A stretch of 64,000 nucleotides of DNA, taken from IMG/VR virus record IMGVR_UViG_2928125067_000001, positions 2,187-66,186 of that record, one strand, 5' to 3'. The notes under the pieces are model-generated. The model searched no databases, had not been told where the DNA came from, and saw only the letters and a program-made list of their open reading frames with translations. The DNA is from a virus. The position numbers and the translations under genes are program-made. Below are positions 16,705 to 25,625 of this stretch, one piece after another (the stretch's first letter is position 1; each line of letters starts with the position of its first letter).

Positions 16705-17202
16705 TCACAGCGCGGCCCAAGCGCGCCAGTGCTCGTCCAGTTGTTCCGTCGTCCAACCTTGAGCGTCGCGGACGATGTCGACGAGCGGGTTGGTGCGCTG
16801 GTATTCCTTGGCGCCGGTCACGAGGCCGATGGCGATCTTTCGCGGCGTCGGCTGGCCGGTGTCGTCATCGGCCAGTGTGTCGAGGATCTTGAGAAGGGCG
16901 GGAGGGATCGTGCCAGGGCCCACGAATGCGATGTACTCATCGAAGGTGATGAGTCCGTCGTGCCACAGGCCCTCACCGAACTGGCGATCGGAGATGACGA
17001 CAGGAACAGGCGGCAGAGGCATCGCCGGCACGGGGCCAAAGGCCTTGCCATCAAAGGTCATGCCCACGACGGTGTCGGACTGCGCGGCGACCAGAGCGGC
17101 GGCGACCTCTTCGGTCAGCACATCCTTGCCAGGCGTGACGCCGTCCGGAAGCGTGATGATCTCGGCGACGATACCGTCAACGATATGAGCGTAGCGCGAC
17201 AT
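16705..17202 (-). CDS. Tail fibre assembly-like protein
   Basis: YAHIVDGIV start; ISDRQF...LDEHWRAWAAL end. Confidence 0.7.
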   Translation of the reverse strand: MSRYAHIVDGIVAEIITLPDGVTPGKDVLTEEVAAALVAAQSDTVVGMTFDGKAFGPVPAMPLPPVPVVISDRQFGEGLWHDGLITFDEYIAFVGPGTIPPALLKILDTLADDDTGQPTPRKIAIGLVTGAKEYQRTNPLVDIVRDAQGWTTEQLDEHWRAWAAL

Positions 17203-17214
17203 GCAGGGCTATCC

Positions 17215-18051
17215 TCAGAAGCTCAGGAGAACGGCGCCGTCCGCGCCATTGGAACCGCTCGCGCCGATGACTGCAGACGCCGCAGTCGCCGAGCCGCCGC
17301 CGCCGGGGCTCATCGCGCCTTGATAGAAGCCGACGCCACCGAAAGGGGCCATGCCACCCATGGCGTAGTAGTTGGCGGACTCGATATCCTCGCCGCGACC
17401 ACCCTGCAGGTTAATCTGGCCACCGGAGCCGTTGCCGCCCGTCTGTGGGCCGGCAGAACCGCCAAGACCGCCCGTGGCCGAACAGAACGACGCGAAGGAC
17501 GACGTCCCACCGTTGCCGCCCGTGCTGGTTCCGCTATTGCCTGGGCCGCCGGCGCCTACGATGATCGTGTACGAGGTGCCGGGTGTGACGGTGAACCAAC
17601 CTGCACTGTAGCCGCCACCGGAGCCGGCGCTGTTGCCGCCACCGGAGCCGCCGCCGCCCGCTCCCCAGACCTGAGCGAAGACGCGGGTCAAGCCGGTCGG
17701 GCACGTCCAAGTGTAGGAGCCGTTGGTGAAGAATGGCGCAATGTTGTGCGGAGGCCCCTGTGTGCTGCCGACAATCGTGTTGACGTAAGCAGCCAAGGCG
17801 GCTTCGAAATTGGCTTCCAGCGTTGAAATGCTCTGGCTGTCGTTGGCGTCAACCCCTGCACGCAGAACGATGAACTGGCCGATCATCGAGGCGATGACCG
17901 TGCTCTGCCGATTGACCTTGTTGTAGTACTCAGGCGGGAGCACTCCGACCTGGGCACCGAGTGCGAGCGAGCTGCTGGCAGCATAGGCCGCATCGCTGAG
18001 CACAGTGGCCCCGACACCGGTCGAGTTTGGCAGAAAGCCGTTGGTGGCCAT
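17215..18051 (-). CDS. Short glycine-rich tail fibre protein
   Basis: NKVNRQS baseplate-attachment N-term; WGAGGGG Gly-rich domain. Confidence 0.8.
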   Translation of the reverse strand: MATNGFLPNSTGVGATVLSDAAYAASSSLALGAQVGVLPPEYYNKVNRQSTVIASMIGQFIVLRAGVDANDSQSISTLEANFEAALAAYVNTIVGSTQGPPHNIAPFFTNGSYTWTCPTGLTRVFAQVWGAGGGGSGGGNSAGSGGGYSAGWFTVTPGTSYTIIVGAGGPGNSGTSTGGNGGTSSFASFCSATGGLGGSAGPQTGGNGSGGQINLQGGRGEDIESANYYAMGGMAPFGGVGFYQGAMSPGGGGSATAASAVIGASGSNGADGAVLLSF

Positions 18052-18124
18052 TCAGCGGGTCCTATCGCGCACAGGTTCGCGCGCCGCGGCTCAGCGACGG
18101 GCGAACAGGTTGGAATTGAAAGGC

Positions 18125-19036
18125 TTAGGCGGGCAGTGTCGCGGCTACGGTCGCTGGGTCGCGCCCCCAAGCGCCGGTCCCAAGGCCGCTGATTTGCGAG
18201 TTATTCAGTCCGAGACCGAAGACCGCGGCACCGTCCGTTGAGGTGACGACGATCTGGGCGTTCACGCCCATCGCCTTCACGGGCAGGAGGTCATTCGCGA
18301 GAATGTAGAGATCCGTTCGCGACGGCAGCTTGCCGGCGATGCAGATGCTATACGACATGCCCGCGCGCTCGGGGGTCGCGGGGTACTCCATCCAGCGGAG
18401 CCACCGCCCCTGCCCAAGTCCCGCGCCGGGGACCCCAAGCGAGAAGATGGCATCGCCCGCATAGGGGACGATGGCGCGTGCGCCGTCGTTCAGGAAGACA
18501 AGGGTTGCCGGATCCGAGAGATAGGTCCGAACGATCTGGACCGCCGCTGGGCCGGTACCATCCCACGCGTTCGCGAGGATTTTGGCGTAGAGCAGCGGCC
18601 GATACAGGTTATCCGGTAGGGACGAGATGTCGTTAGTGCTGTCGTAGTTGGTGCGCCAGTACCCTTGTCCAAGGCCACGATTGACGATGCCGAGGGCAAG
18701 GGTCGTGTCCGGCAGAGGGATGGGGACGTAGCGGTTGCGGCCGACCCACTGACCGTCCACGTCCAGCTGCGCGCCAATCGCTTCGTCGATGTCGAAGGCT
18801 TGTGGCAGGCTCGCGACGAAGGCCTGAGCGTCGGCTTGCGGCTGGACGTTCGCCCTGATGGTGGCGAGGAAGCGCGCCTTGGCGGGGTTAGCCTGCCATG
18901 GCGTGACGAAGTCGAGGTAGTCGTCAGCCGTCTTGGTAACGGGCGGCGCAAGGGCGAAAGTGTCGAAGTCAGCGGTCGGATAGGCGCCGTCGATCGTGAC
19001 GGTCGTGCTGTCTGCCGTGACATTGTAGACCGTCAT
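18125..19036 (-). CDS. Baseplate wedge protein (DUF2612-like)
   Basis: FDIDEAIGAQLDV.G.WVG motif; after baseplate J. Confidence 0.85.
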   Translation of the reverse strand: MTVYNVTADSTTVTIDGAYPTADFDTFALAPPVTKTADDYLDFVTPWQANPAKARFLATIRANVQPQADAQAFVASLPQAFDIDEAIGAQLDVDGQWVGRNRYVPIPLPDTTLALGIVNRGLGQGYWRTNYDSTNDISSLPDNLYRPLLYAKILANAWDGTGPAAVQIVRTYLSDPATLVFLNDGARAIVPYAGDAIFSLGVPGAGLGQGRWLRWMEYPATPERAGMSYSICIAGKLPSRTDLYILANDLLPVKAMGVNAQIVVTSTDGAAVFGLGLNNSQISGLGTGAWGRDPATVAATLPA

Positions 19037-19037
19037 G

Positions 19038-20249
19038 TCAGGACGCCAAGGGCAAGACGGTCACGGCGATGCTGGCCGCAGAACACATGGCGGCCTCATA
19101 AAAAGCGATCGGCACGTCGGTCTGGCTCGGTGTTGCGCCATCCCGGGCCTGCGCGAACGAGACGATCTTGAATGTCTTTGACCCGATGCCGTCGCAGTTC
19201 TTGGCTGCAGCAAAGGCTTGATCGCGCTCAACGTCCTCGCCAATCGCTAAACCATTGACAAAATCGACGAGCGCCGCCTTCCAGATGCCCTCGATTGAGG
19301 CCGTATAGCCGCCGAGATTTTGCACTGTGACGGCATACGTCACCGGAACCTGCGTCAGATAGAAGAACGCGACGTTCTGCGGGATGGATGTCGCATCTGT
19401 CGGCTGCACGGTCTGAACCGTCGTCCCGAACGTTGAGACACCAGGCCCCTTTTTCAGTTCGATGACCGAGGCGATGGTCGCGGCATCTCCACCGTCCACG
19501 ACAACCGCGACGGTGTGGCCTGGAATGCCGTTCGCGTCGCGGGTAGCCTTGCTGTTGTCGAAGACCTGAAGGCGGTTGACGCCAGAGATGGCGGCCAGCG
19601 CACCCTTGAGGCCATCTGCAAGGCGCAGCGACGGGATGGCGGTCGAGATCGCTTGACGCTGACGAAGGGCGCTGTCGCCCTCGACGGGCTGCCCAACTGA
19701 CGCTGCGGCCGTGTTGATCGCGGACTGCCAGCCGCGGGTCACGGTGGCGATAGAGCCTTTGCCATTTGCGGTGTCGATTGCCCCGGCCGACAAGGCGACC
19801 GCGCCGATGGTCTGACAGGTGATGGTGACGGTGAGCTGCCCGGCGTCCGGGATCAACACAATGGCGGGCAGCGCCCACTGGTTGCCGGCCGCATCCGTGA
19901 CGATGCCGTTCGTGATCGTGATGCCCGCTTGCCCGACGACCAAGAGCGGCGCCGTCGAGTAGCTGGCCCGCTTCCGGCGGATGCCGTTCAGCTTGACGTT
20001 GCGGTCCAGTCCTGTGCCCTGCGCCGTTGAGGGCGAGAACGAGTTGTAGGCCGCAAGCGTCTCGCCGTTCGCGTCGTGGATCGCGTTGGCGAGCAGAACC
20101 ATCAATTGCCCGTCCTGCGTCGCCGGGTCTAGGTTCAGATCCTGCCCGTAGATTGCCCGATAGGACGCCTGCACGTAGGCCAAGCAGTCCGCGAAGGTCG
20201 GGCGGACACAGCCGGCAGCTGTGATCTGGCAGACAGGGGTAGCGCCCAT
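19038..20249 (-). CDS. Baseplate J-like protein
   Basis: YNSFSP..A.G..LD; E.D..LRQRQ. Confidence 0.9.
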   Translation of the reverse strand: MGATPVCQITAAGCVRPTFADCLAYVQASYRAIYGQDLNLDPATQDGQLMVLLANAIHDANGETLAAYNSFSPSTAQGTGLDRNVKLNGIRRKRASYSTAPLLVVGQAGITITNGIVTDAAGNQWALPAIVLIPDAGQLTVTITCQTIGAVALSAGAIDTANGKGSIATVTRGWQSAINTAAASVGQPVEGDSALRQRQAISTAIPSLRLADGLKGALAAISGVNRLQVFDNSKATRDANGIPGHTVAVVVDGGDAATIASVIELKKGPGVSTFGTTVQTVQPTDATSIPQNVAFFYLTQVPVTYAVTVQNLGGYTASIEGIWKAALVDFVNGLAIGEDVERDQAFAAAKNCDGIGSKTFKIVSFAQARDGATPSQTDVPIAFYEAAMCSAASIAVTVLPLAS

Positions 20250-20644
20250 TAGCGACCGTTCTCGACCTTGACGGTGATGTTGGCGGTATTGGCGCCCTGT
20301 CCCGCGAGGTAGGCTCGCGAGTAGACGGTCTGGATCGTGGCCGAAACAGTCAGGCCGCGGGTCTGGCGATCAAGGACGCTGCTGTAGTCCTCGATTTCGA
20401 CGACGCCGGGGGTGTCGAGGATGCGCGCCTGCAGAGCCGGATCGCGAAGGCCCTCGGTGCGCTTGCCGAGCACCTGTTGCTCGTAGGGCGTGCCCTCTGT
20501 GCGATCCAAGTACCACTGCTCCTGCCAGAGGTTCATCCGGGCTTCGACGAGCACGCCGACCGCCTCCGGCACGTCGCGCCAAATGGAGGCTTGGTCGCCG
20601 CCGAAAACCATATCGCCCTGCGCATCGACCTTCCGTACGCGCAT
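20249..20644 (-). CDS. Baseplate/sheath-initiator (gp46/W-like)
   Basis: RKVD..GD..FG...WYLD..EGTPY. Confidence 0.85.
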   Translation of the reverse strand: MRVRKVDAQGDMVFGGDQASIWRDVPEAVGVLVEARMNLWQEQWYLDRTEGTPYEQQVLGKRTEGLRDPALQARILDTPGVVEIEDYSSVLDRQTRGLTVSATIQTVYSRAYLAGQGANTANITVKVENGR

Positions 20645-20865
20645 CAGGCGCCATCGCCTTCTTGGACGAACTCACCGTCACGAAGATGTTTGAGGATGGC
20701 GGCTTTCAGAGACTTACGACGCTTCCGCTCGGTGGCGTCCGCGTCACAGCGCGCTTTAGTGCCCTCTACGTCATGAGCGCCGCTGACACGAAGGACTTCC
20801 GCTGCTCTTGCCGCGCATGCGAACCGATATAGAGCCTGGGTTATATCGGGCGGCAAATTCTGCAT
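20644..20865 (-). CDS. Hypothetical 73-aa protein
   Basis: TGATG coupled on both sides; lower GC. Confidence 0.55.
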   Translation of the reverse strand: MQNLPPDITQALYRFACAARAAEVLRVSGAHDVEGTKARCDADATERKRRKSLKAAILKHLRDGEFVQEGDGA

Positions 20866-21743
20866 CAGTCGTCTCCAAGAGAGGTCATCGCGGCCGTATC
20901 AACCGCCGCATGTGCGGTGTGGGCGATTTGGGCCGCTAGAGAGGCCGCTATGGCTGCCGCGGGCGCCGCCTGCACGATGGATGACAGAACGCCCTGAAAG
21001 GCTGTGGCGACCCCTTCCTGACGATATCCATCGGCATCGAAGGTCGGCGGGATAGCCAGAGCCCCCGCGACGCTCGACACCGTGGCGATCAGCGGGTGCA
21101 TCTGCGCTCCGTAGGCGAGCGCGCCAGCCGAGCCCGCAGTCATGCTCCCGATGCTGGCGATCTGCCCGAGAACGAAGTTCGTCGCTGCGTCAGGGGCCAT
21201 CGTGCCGCCGACGACTTGGGACACGACCTGAGGCAGGATCCCGCCGAGATTTCCGAGAAAGCCCGCCTGCGTGAGCGGGGCCGTCACCGCCTCCATCGCC
21301 GCCGAGATCGGCAGGCCCGCGCCGGCCATATCGACTGTGGCCGCATGCCCGAGCATGGAGAAGAAGCCGGAGGCACCGTTGGTCAGGCCCGCGAGGTTAT
21401 CGCCGGCTGCTTGAAGCGCACCGAGCGCGTTGCCGAGACCAGACGCTCCAGTGAGCGCGGAGATCAGCCCGGCAGGCCCACCGCCGGCCATACCCTGCAG
21501 TTGTGCGACCAACCCGCCGAGTTGCCCTTGAATGCCCTGCGTCAGGGCTGCCATCGGGTTCTGCATGATCGACGACAGGTTGCCGTCCTTCAGCACCTGG
21601 GCCATCAGCCCTTGGAGGCCGGGGCCGCCGTCGAGCCGCTTGGTGATGCCCAGCTTTTCGACGAAGAAAGTGGCCGCCCTCACCAGCGGGGCCCCGCCCT
21701 GAAGCTGAAGATTTTGCCCGAAGGGTACGAAGCCACCAGCCAT
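20865..21743 (-). CDS. Gly/Ala-rich hydrophobic virion protein downstream of spike
   Basis: 292 aa, translationally coupled to spike gene. Confidence 0.75.
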   Translation of the reverse strand: MAGGFVPFGQNLQLQGGAPLVRAATFFVEKLGITKRLDGGPGLQGLMAQVLKDGNLSSIMQNPMAALTQGIQGQLGGLVAQLQGMAGGGPAGLISALTGASGLGNALGALQAAGDNLAGLTNGASGFFSMLGHAATVDMAGAGLPISAAMEAVTAPLTQAGFLGNLGGILPQVVSQVVGGTMAPDAATNFVLGQIASIGSMTAGSAGALAYGAQMHPLIATVSSVAGALAIPPTFDADGYRQEGVATAFQGVLSSIVQAAPAAAIAASLAAQIAHTAHAAVDTAAMTSLGDD

Positions 21744-22381
21744 CAGCAGTTAATCAGGATCTTGGAGGCGATGTGCTGGATCGTCTTAGCATCGACCACG
21801 TGCCGAGAGCCCTTCAGTTCGGACTGGATCGCCGCGCCGTTGACCTGCTGCACCGCGAACTCACGGATTGTGGTGATCGCCGTATGGCTGATGTCGTGCA
21901 GCGATTTCTTGTCGTCTGTGCGGGTCTGCGTCGAGTTCGGCGAGACGCCCTTGAGCTTGTTGGGGTCAGACCGGACGCCAGGGACGAAGACCGCATCCCA
22001 CAGGGAATGCTGTCGGGTGTCGCCGGGCGACTGCACGCCGCCGTTCTGGTGCCATCCGTCGATCCCGAGGGCGGCCGGGACGCTGAAGCCCTCGTTGCCT
22101 GCCTTAAGCCCGAACGTAGTGGTGATCCCGCCACCGCCCATGAAGTGGACCGGCACGTCGGGGATGACCGGAAGCGTCACTTCCTGCGTGGTGCCATCCA
22201 CCTTGCGGATCACCGCCTTGGTGGTTGGCTGTAGCTTCGCGGTGTGACCGTCCTTGCTGTCCTCGGCCAACATGACCGGGCCCGCCTTCGGAAGCCGAGA
22301 CAGGACGCCATCGACTACAGTCTCAAGAACCTCGGTCAGGTCTTCAAAGCGTTCGCGGATATCGAGCGCGTGATCAGCCAT
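21743..22381 (-). CDS. Baseplate central spike (Gp138/gp45-like)
   Basis: LPVIPDVPV.F.GGG...IDGW...RQHSLWDA.FVPG. Confidence 0.85.
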   Translation of the reverse strand: MADHALDIRERFEDLTEVLETVVDGVLSRLPKAGPVMLAEDSKDGHTAKLQPTTKAVIRKVDGTTQEVTLPVIPDVPVHFMGGGGITTTFGLKAGNEGFSVPAALGIDGWHQNGGVQSPGDTRQHSLWDAVFVPGVRSDPNKLKGVSPNSTQTRTDDKKSLHDISHTAITTIREFAVQQVNGAAIQSELKGSRHVVDAKTIQHIASKILINC

Positions 22382-22390
22382 CGTACGTCT

Positions 22391-23347
22391 TCACTCGTTC
22401 GGCATGGCGATGAGGCGCGTCTTCAGCGCGGGCGTGGGCAGCGAGCCCTTCTTGATACCGACGAAGGCCGTGAAGAAATCATTGCCGCGCGTGTCGCCGA
22501 TGTGATCGACGACGTAGATCTTGTAGATGCCGTCCGTCGCGATCTCTGGCAGCAGAGCGTTCTGGGCCTCACCCGTATAGCTCGGATTGATCGCGGCCTG
22601 CTGGATGCTCTTCTGATCGATTTGGACGAGGCTTCCGACCTTGATCTGCGGGTTGCACAGGCACTGGCCCTCAATGCCCTGGATCGTCTGAACGGGAAGC
22701 CCGACAAGGCCGGTCTTGCCATTCAGGACGATCGTACCGCCCGGCAGCGCCTTGTCGTTGCCGAGGATCTGCACCTTGCCGTTCTGGATCGACCACGAGG
22801 TGCCGGTCGCCGCGCAGATCTGCCGGAGGAGATCCTTCGCGTTGCCGAACAGCGCGGCGCCCCGGGGGAACTTGATCTTGGATAGGGCGGCCGTGTCGAT
22901 GTAGCCCTGCTGCACCCCTAAGGATTTCAAAGCGTCAATCGCGGCCTGCGCCCTGTCCATGTGGGTGTGGCCGGAGGCCAAGGACTTGTTCACCACCGCG
23001 AAGTTGCGGGCATCTCCGCTGTCCGTCGCGATGATGACCAAAACCTTGTCGGTCACGTCCTCCCGCAGGTTCCTCGCCTGTCGTATCTGGCCCTGGAATA
23101 TGCCCTGCAGGTTCTGGCCGTAGCCGACCGAGACCTTGATCTGCTTGCCGGTAAAGAAGGCCGACTGCGTCGAGGCGTCCTTCAGGTTCGTGATGCTGAT
23201 GACCGCGACGTTCGGGGTCGAGACATCCTTCTGTCGGACATCGAAGCGGATGCGCAGCCCTTGGCCGCCATTGGCCTCGCCGTCGTAGTCGAAGGTCTTG
23301 CCGCCCGCGATCTCGACGCGGACGTTGCGCAGGTATTGCTCACCCAT
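22391..23347 (-). CDS. Baseplate hub protein
   Basis: PN.A.I.I.NL; WSIQNG; TGLVG.P; GDTRG.D. Confidence 0.85.
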   Translation of the reverse strand: MGEQYLRNVRVEIAGGKTFDYDGEANGGQGLRIRFDVRQKDVSTPNVAVISITNLKDASTQSAFFTGKQIKVSVGYGQNLQGIFQGQIRQARNLREDVTDKVLVIIATDSGDARNFAVVNKSLASGHTHMDRAQAAIDALKSLGVQQGYIDTAALSKIKFPRGAALFGNAKDLLRQICAATGTSWSIQNGKVQILGNDKALPGGTIVLNGKTGLVGLPVQTIQGIEGQCLCNPQIKVGSLVQIDQKSIQQAAINPSYTGEAQNALLPEIATDGIYKIYVVDHIGDTRGNDFFTAFVGIKKGSLPTPALKTRLIAMPNE

Positions 23348-23353
23348 CGGGGG

Positions 23354-23671
23354 TCAGTCTGCGATGAAATAGAGATGCGCCGTGGCGCCTAAGCCATCGA
23401 AGGTCGGCACTTCGCCTGCCCCGCGATCCGTCGTCACGACGAGAGAGCCGCCGAAGCTCAGATAGGCGTATTGCGCCAGCAGATCGACGCCAGAGACCAG
23501 CGGGATACCGGCCACGAGCGGTACTTGATTGGCATCGCCGATGTCGAGGATCCAGCACCCATCTTGCGCGACATTGTAGGTCAGGCGCATGTTGTAGAGC
23601 ACGCCCGCGAGCGTGATCGTGAAGACGCACGCCTGAGACGGCGTGAGTGGGATCTCGGTGATCGTACTCAA
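23354..23671 (-). CDS. Baseplate plug-like protein
   Basis: GIPLVSGVDLLAQY.YL motif. Confidence 0.8.
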   Translation of the reverse strand: MSTITEIPLTPSQACVFTITLAGVLYNMRLTYNVAQDGCWILDIGDANQVPLVAGIPLVSGVDLLAQYAYLSFGGSLVVTTDRGAGEVPTFDGLGATAHLYFIAD

Positions 23672-24474
23672 GGGCCGCCGCCAAACATGTTGTACTGATC
23701 CGGCCCAGCAGCTTGGAGGCCGCCGATCGTCGGCGCGACGCTGATCTCGGGCAACGTAACAGAGGCCGGCGGGCTGATGCCGCTGAGCTGCGGTGTTTGA
23801 GGCGTCAGGTCTGCGCCCGGCGTGTTTAGCCCGAAGCTGCCGTTCCCAACCGAGCCGCCATCAGGGCTGTAAGAACCCGGATTGAACGATCCCGCAAACG
23901 CTTGGGAGCCAACACCGGTCGCCTCTACGGAACCGCTATTCGTCACACTCCCAGTCGAGGCCGGGCTTGCTTGGTTGGCGTTGGCTCCAGGGGATGCCGT
24001 GCTGCTGTCCCCGTTTCCGCTTCCGTTCCCGGTGCTACCGCCTTGCCCCGAACGCGTCGTCTGGGTCGAGACGAGGATGACCTCCTGCAGGGCGACCGAC
24101 GCCATGAGGATGTTTTCGGAGTGCCCATCGGTCGCGACCGAGATGCCGCGGATGAGCATGTTCCGGTATCGGCGCTTGCCGGTGTAGACCGTGAAGGGCT
24201 GCCGAGCGAGCTGCAAAGCCAGCAGCGCGCGGTACTGCTCCTGCACATAACCGACATAGCCGGCGCTGGAGTTTGAGAACCCGCAGCGGATTTCCAGTTC
24301 GGCCGGCCGCTTGTAGGCGTGGTCCGTGATCACCCCGCCGCCCTCAATCGGGTGCTGGGTGATGATGACTTCGTCCCGGTGGACCTCTTCGACCGTCACA
24401 TCGGCATAGATCTGGCCGATGGCGCGGGCGCTGGGCTGGATCAGCGCGTAGGAGATTTCACCGAGAAGGGACAT
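23668..24474 (-). CDS. Tail tube initiator/Dit-like protein
   Basis: EEVH.D...ITQHPIE.G..ITDHAY..P; TGKRRY.NM. Confidence 0.85.
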   Translation of the reverse strand: MSLLGEISYALIQPSARAIGQIYADVTVEEVHRDEVIITQHPIEGGGVITDHAYKRPAELEIRCGFSNSSAGYVGYVQEQYRALLALQLARQPFTVYTGKRRYRNMLIRGISVATDGHSENILMASVALQEVILVSTQTTRSGQGGSTGNGSGNGDSSTASPGANANQASPASTGSVTNSGSVEATGVGSQAFAGSFNPGSYSPDGGSVGNGSFGLNTPGADLTPQTPQLSGISPPASVTLPEISVAPTIGGLQAAGPDQYNMFGGGP

Positions 24475-24499
24475 GCACCGCCCTCCCCGGCCGGTTGCG

Positions 24500-24796
24500 T
24501 CAGGTTCGTCGCGGCTTCAGCAAGTCGCGCAGCGGGTCGGCGCCCTGCCCGATGGGCCGCAGTGGCTTGGAAAGCGCCAGGGCCTGGGTCGCGATAGCTT
24601 TTGGGTCATCAACGCCGGCCGCGATCTGGCTCAGAGCGGCGCCGTATTCCTCAAGGGTCTGAGCGGCTTCGCCGTGGACCGTCTCTTGCGCCGGGATGCC
24701 CTTTAGGTCTCGGGCCAGCTCCTCTGCCTCCTCGCGCAGCTCCTCGACCAACTCCTCAGCGGAGCGCCGGTCAGAATGGCGGGAAAGCGATGGCAT
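24500..24796 (-). CDS. Hypothetical moron protein
   Basis: 98 aa helical acidic ORF in tail insertion. Confidence 0.6.
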   Translation of the reverse strand: MPSLSRHSDRRSAEELVEELREEAEELARDLKGIPAQETVHGEAAQTLEEYGAALSQIAAGVDDPKAIATQALALSKPLRPIGQGADPLRDLLKPRRT

Positions 24797-24844
24797 CCAG
24801 TATCGGTAGCACTCAGCAATCGCGCGCGGAAGGCCGAGCCGTCA

Positions 24845-24859
24845 GTTCCAGTTCCGTTC
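24845..24859 (+). promoter_or_regulatory. Possible LexA box GTTC-N7-GTTC
   Basis: GTTCCAGTTCCGTTC between divergent morons; spacer atypical. Confidence 0.3.
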
Positions 24860-24897
24860 CCGTAGACGGAGACCGCACCCGCCACCATTTTGATGGG

Positions 24898-25251
24898 ATG
24901 CGCGCGACCATCGCCCTTCTTGCCGCCGGCCTCTGCACATCCGCACTTGCTCAGCCGGTGGCGACGGGCGGCATCGAGATCCCTCAGTACGATGTCGACG
25001 CGGTCTGTGCCACGGATCAGGATCCGCGTGGCCGTGCCTTCTGTCTTCGACTGGAGCAGAACAGCTACGACACCCTGACGCTGCTCTGGCCTCAGGCCAG
25101 CGACGCCGCGAAACGGTACGCCCTCAAGGGCGCAGCGGGAAAGACCAATTCCAAGGCGTACTACCAGATCCTTGAGCAGTACCTTGAGGTCTCGATGCGC
25201 AACGACGAGATGGTGCGCGACGTGGCCTCCCCTCCCAAGTTCGTCCGGTGA
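24898..25251 (+). CDS. Secreted moron protein
   Basis: Signal peptide ending ALA-Q; two Cys. Confidence 0.7.
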   Translation: MRATIALLAAGLCTSALAQPVATGGIEIPQYDVDAVCATDQDPRGRAFCLRLEQNSYDTLTLLWPQASDAAKRYALKGAAGKTNSKAYYQILEQYLEVSMRNDEMVRDVASPPKFVR

Positions 25252-25262
25252 CGGAGGCCCTG

Positions 25263-25625
25263 ATGCGCTTTGCGACCGCCCTTCTCGTCCTGACCGCGTT
25301 CGCTACCCCGGTCGCAGCGCAGGAGGTCACAGCCGCCACCTTCAACGGCTACCGACAGATCCCCTGCAAGGTCTACGTCAACCCGAAGTCAGACCCGACC
25401 GGCGATATCGTCGACATTCTGCCGGAGATCCGCTCCAGCGTCCGGAGCTACGTTATCGAGCACGGAGCGTTCGACAGCTACCCCAGCGAATGCAACGTCA
25501 ACGCCTACGTCGAGGCCGAGTGCAGGCTAACCCCGAGGGCGTCGATCGGGTCGGCCGTCGATAGCCTTTATGCCAAGATGAGGACGGGGAAACCACTTCC
25601 CCGCCCTCACGTCTGCGGTGCCTAG
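25263..25625 (+). CDS. Secreted Cys-containing moron protein
   Basis: RBS GGAGG; signal peptide ending VAA-Q; four Cys. Confidence 0.7.
   Translation: MRFATALLVLTAFATPVAAQEVTAATFNGYRQIPCKVYVNPKSDPTGDIVDILPEIRSSVRSYVIEHGAFDSYPSECNVNAYVEAECRLTPRASIGSAVDSLYAKMRTGKPLPRPHVCGA

Noticed and set aside
11682-18051. Diversity-generating retroelement or invertible fibre cassette
   Set aside because: No reverse transcriptase, template/variable repeat pair or invertase seen.
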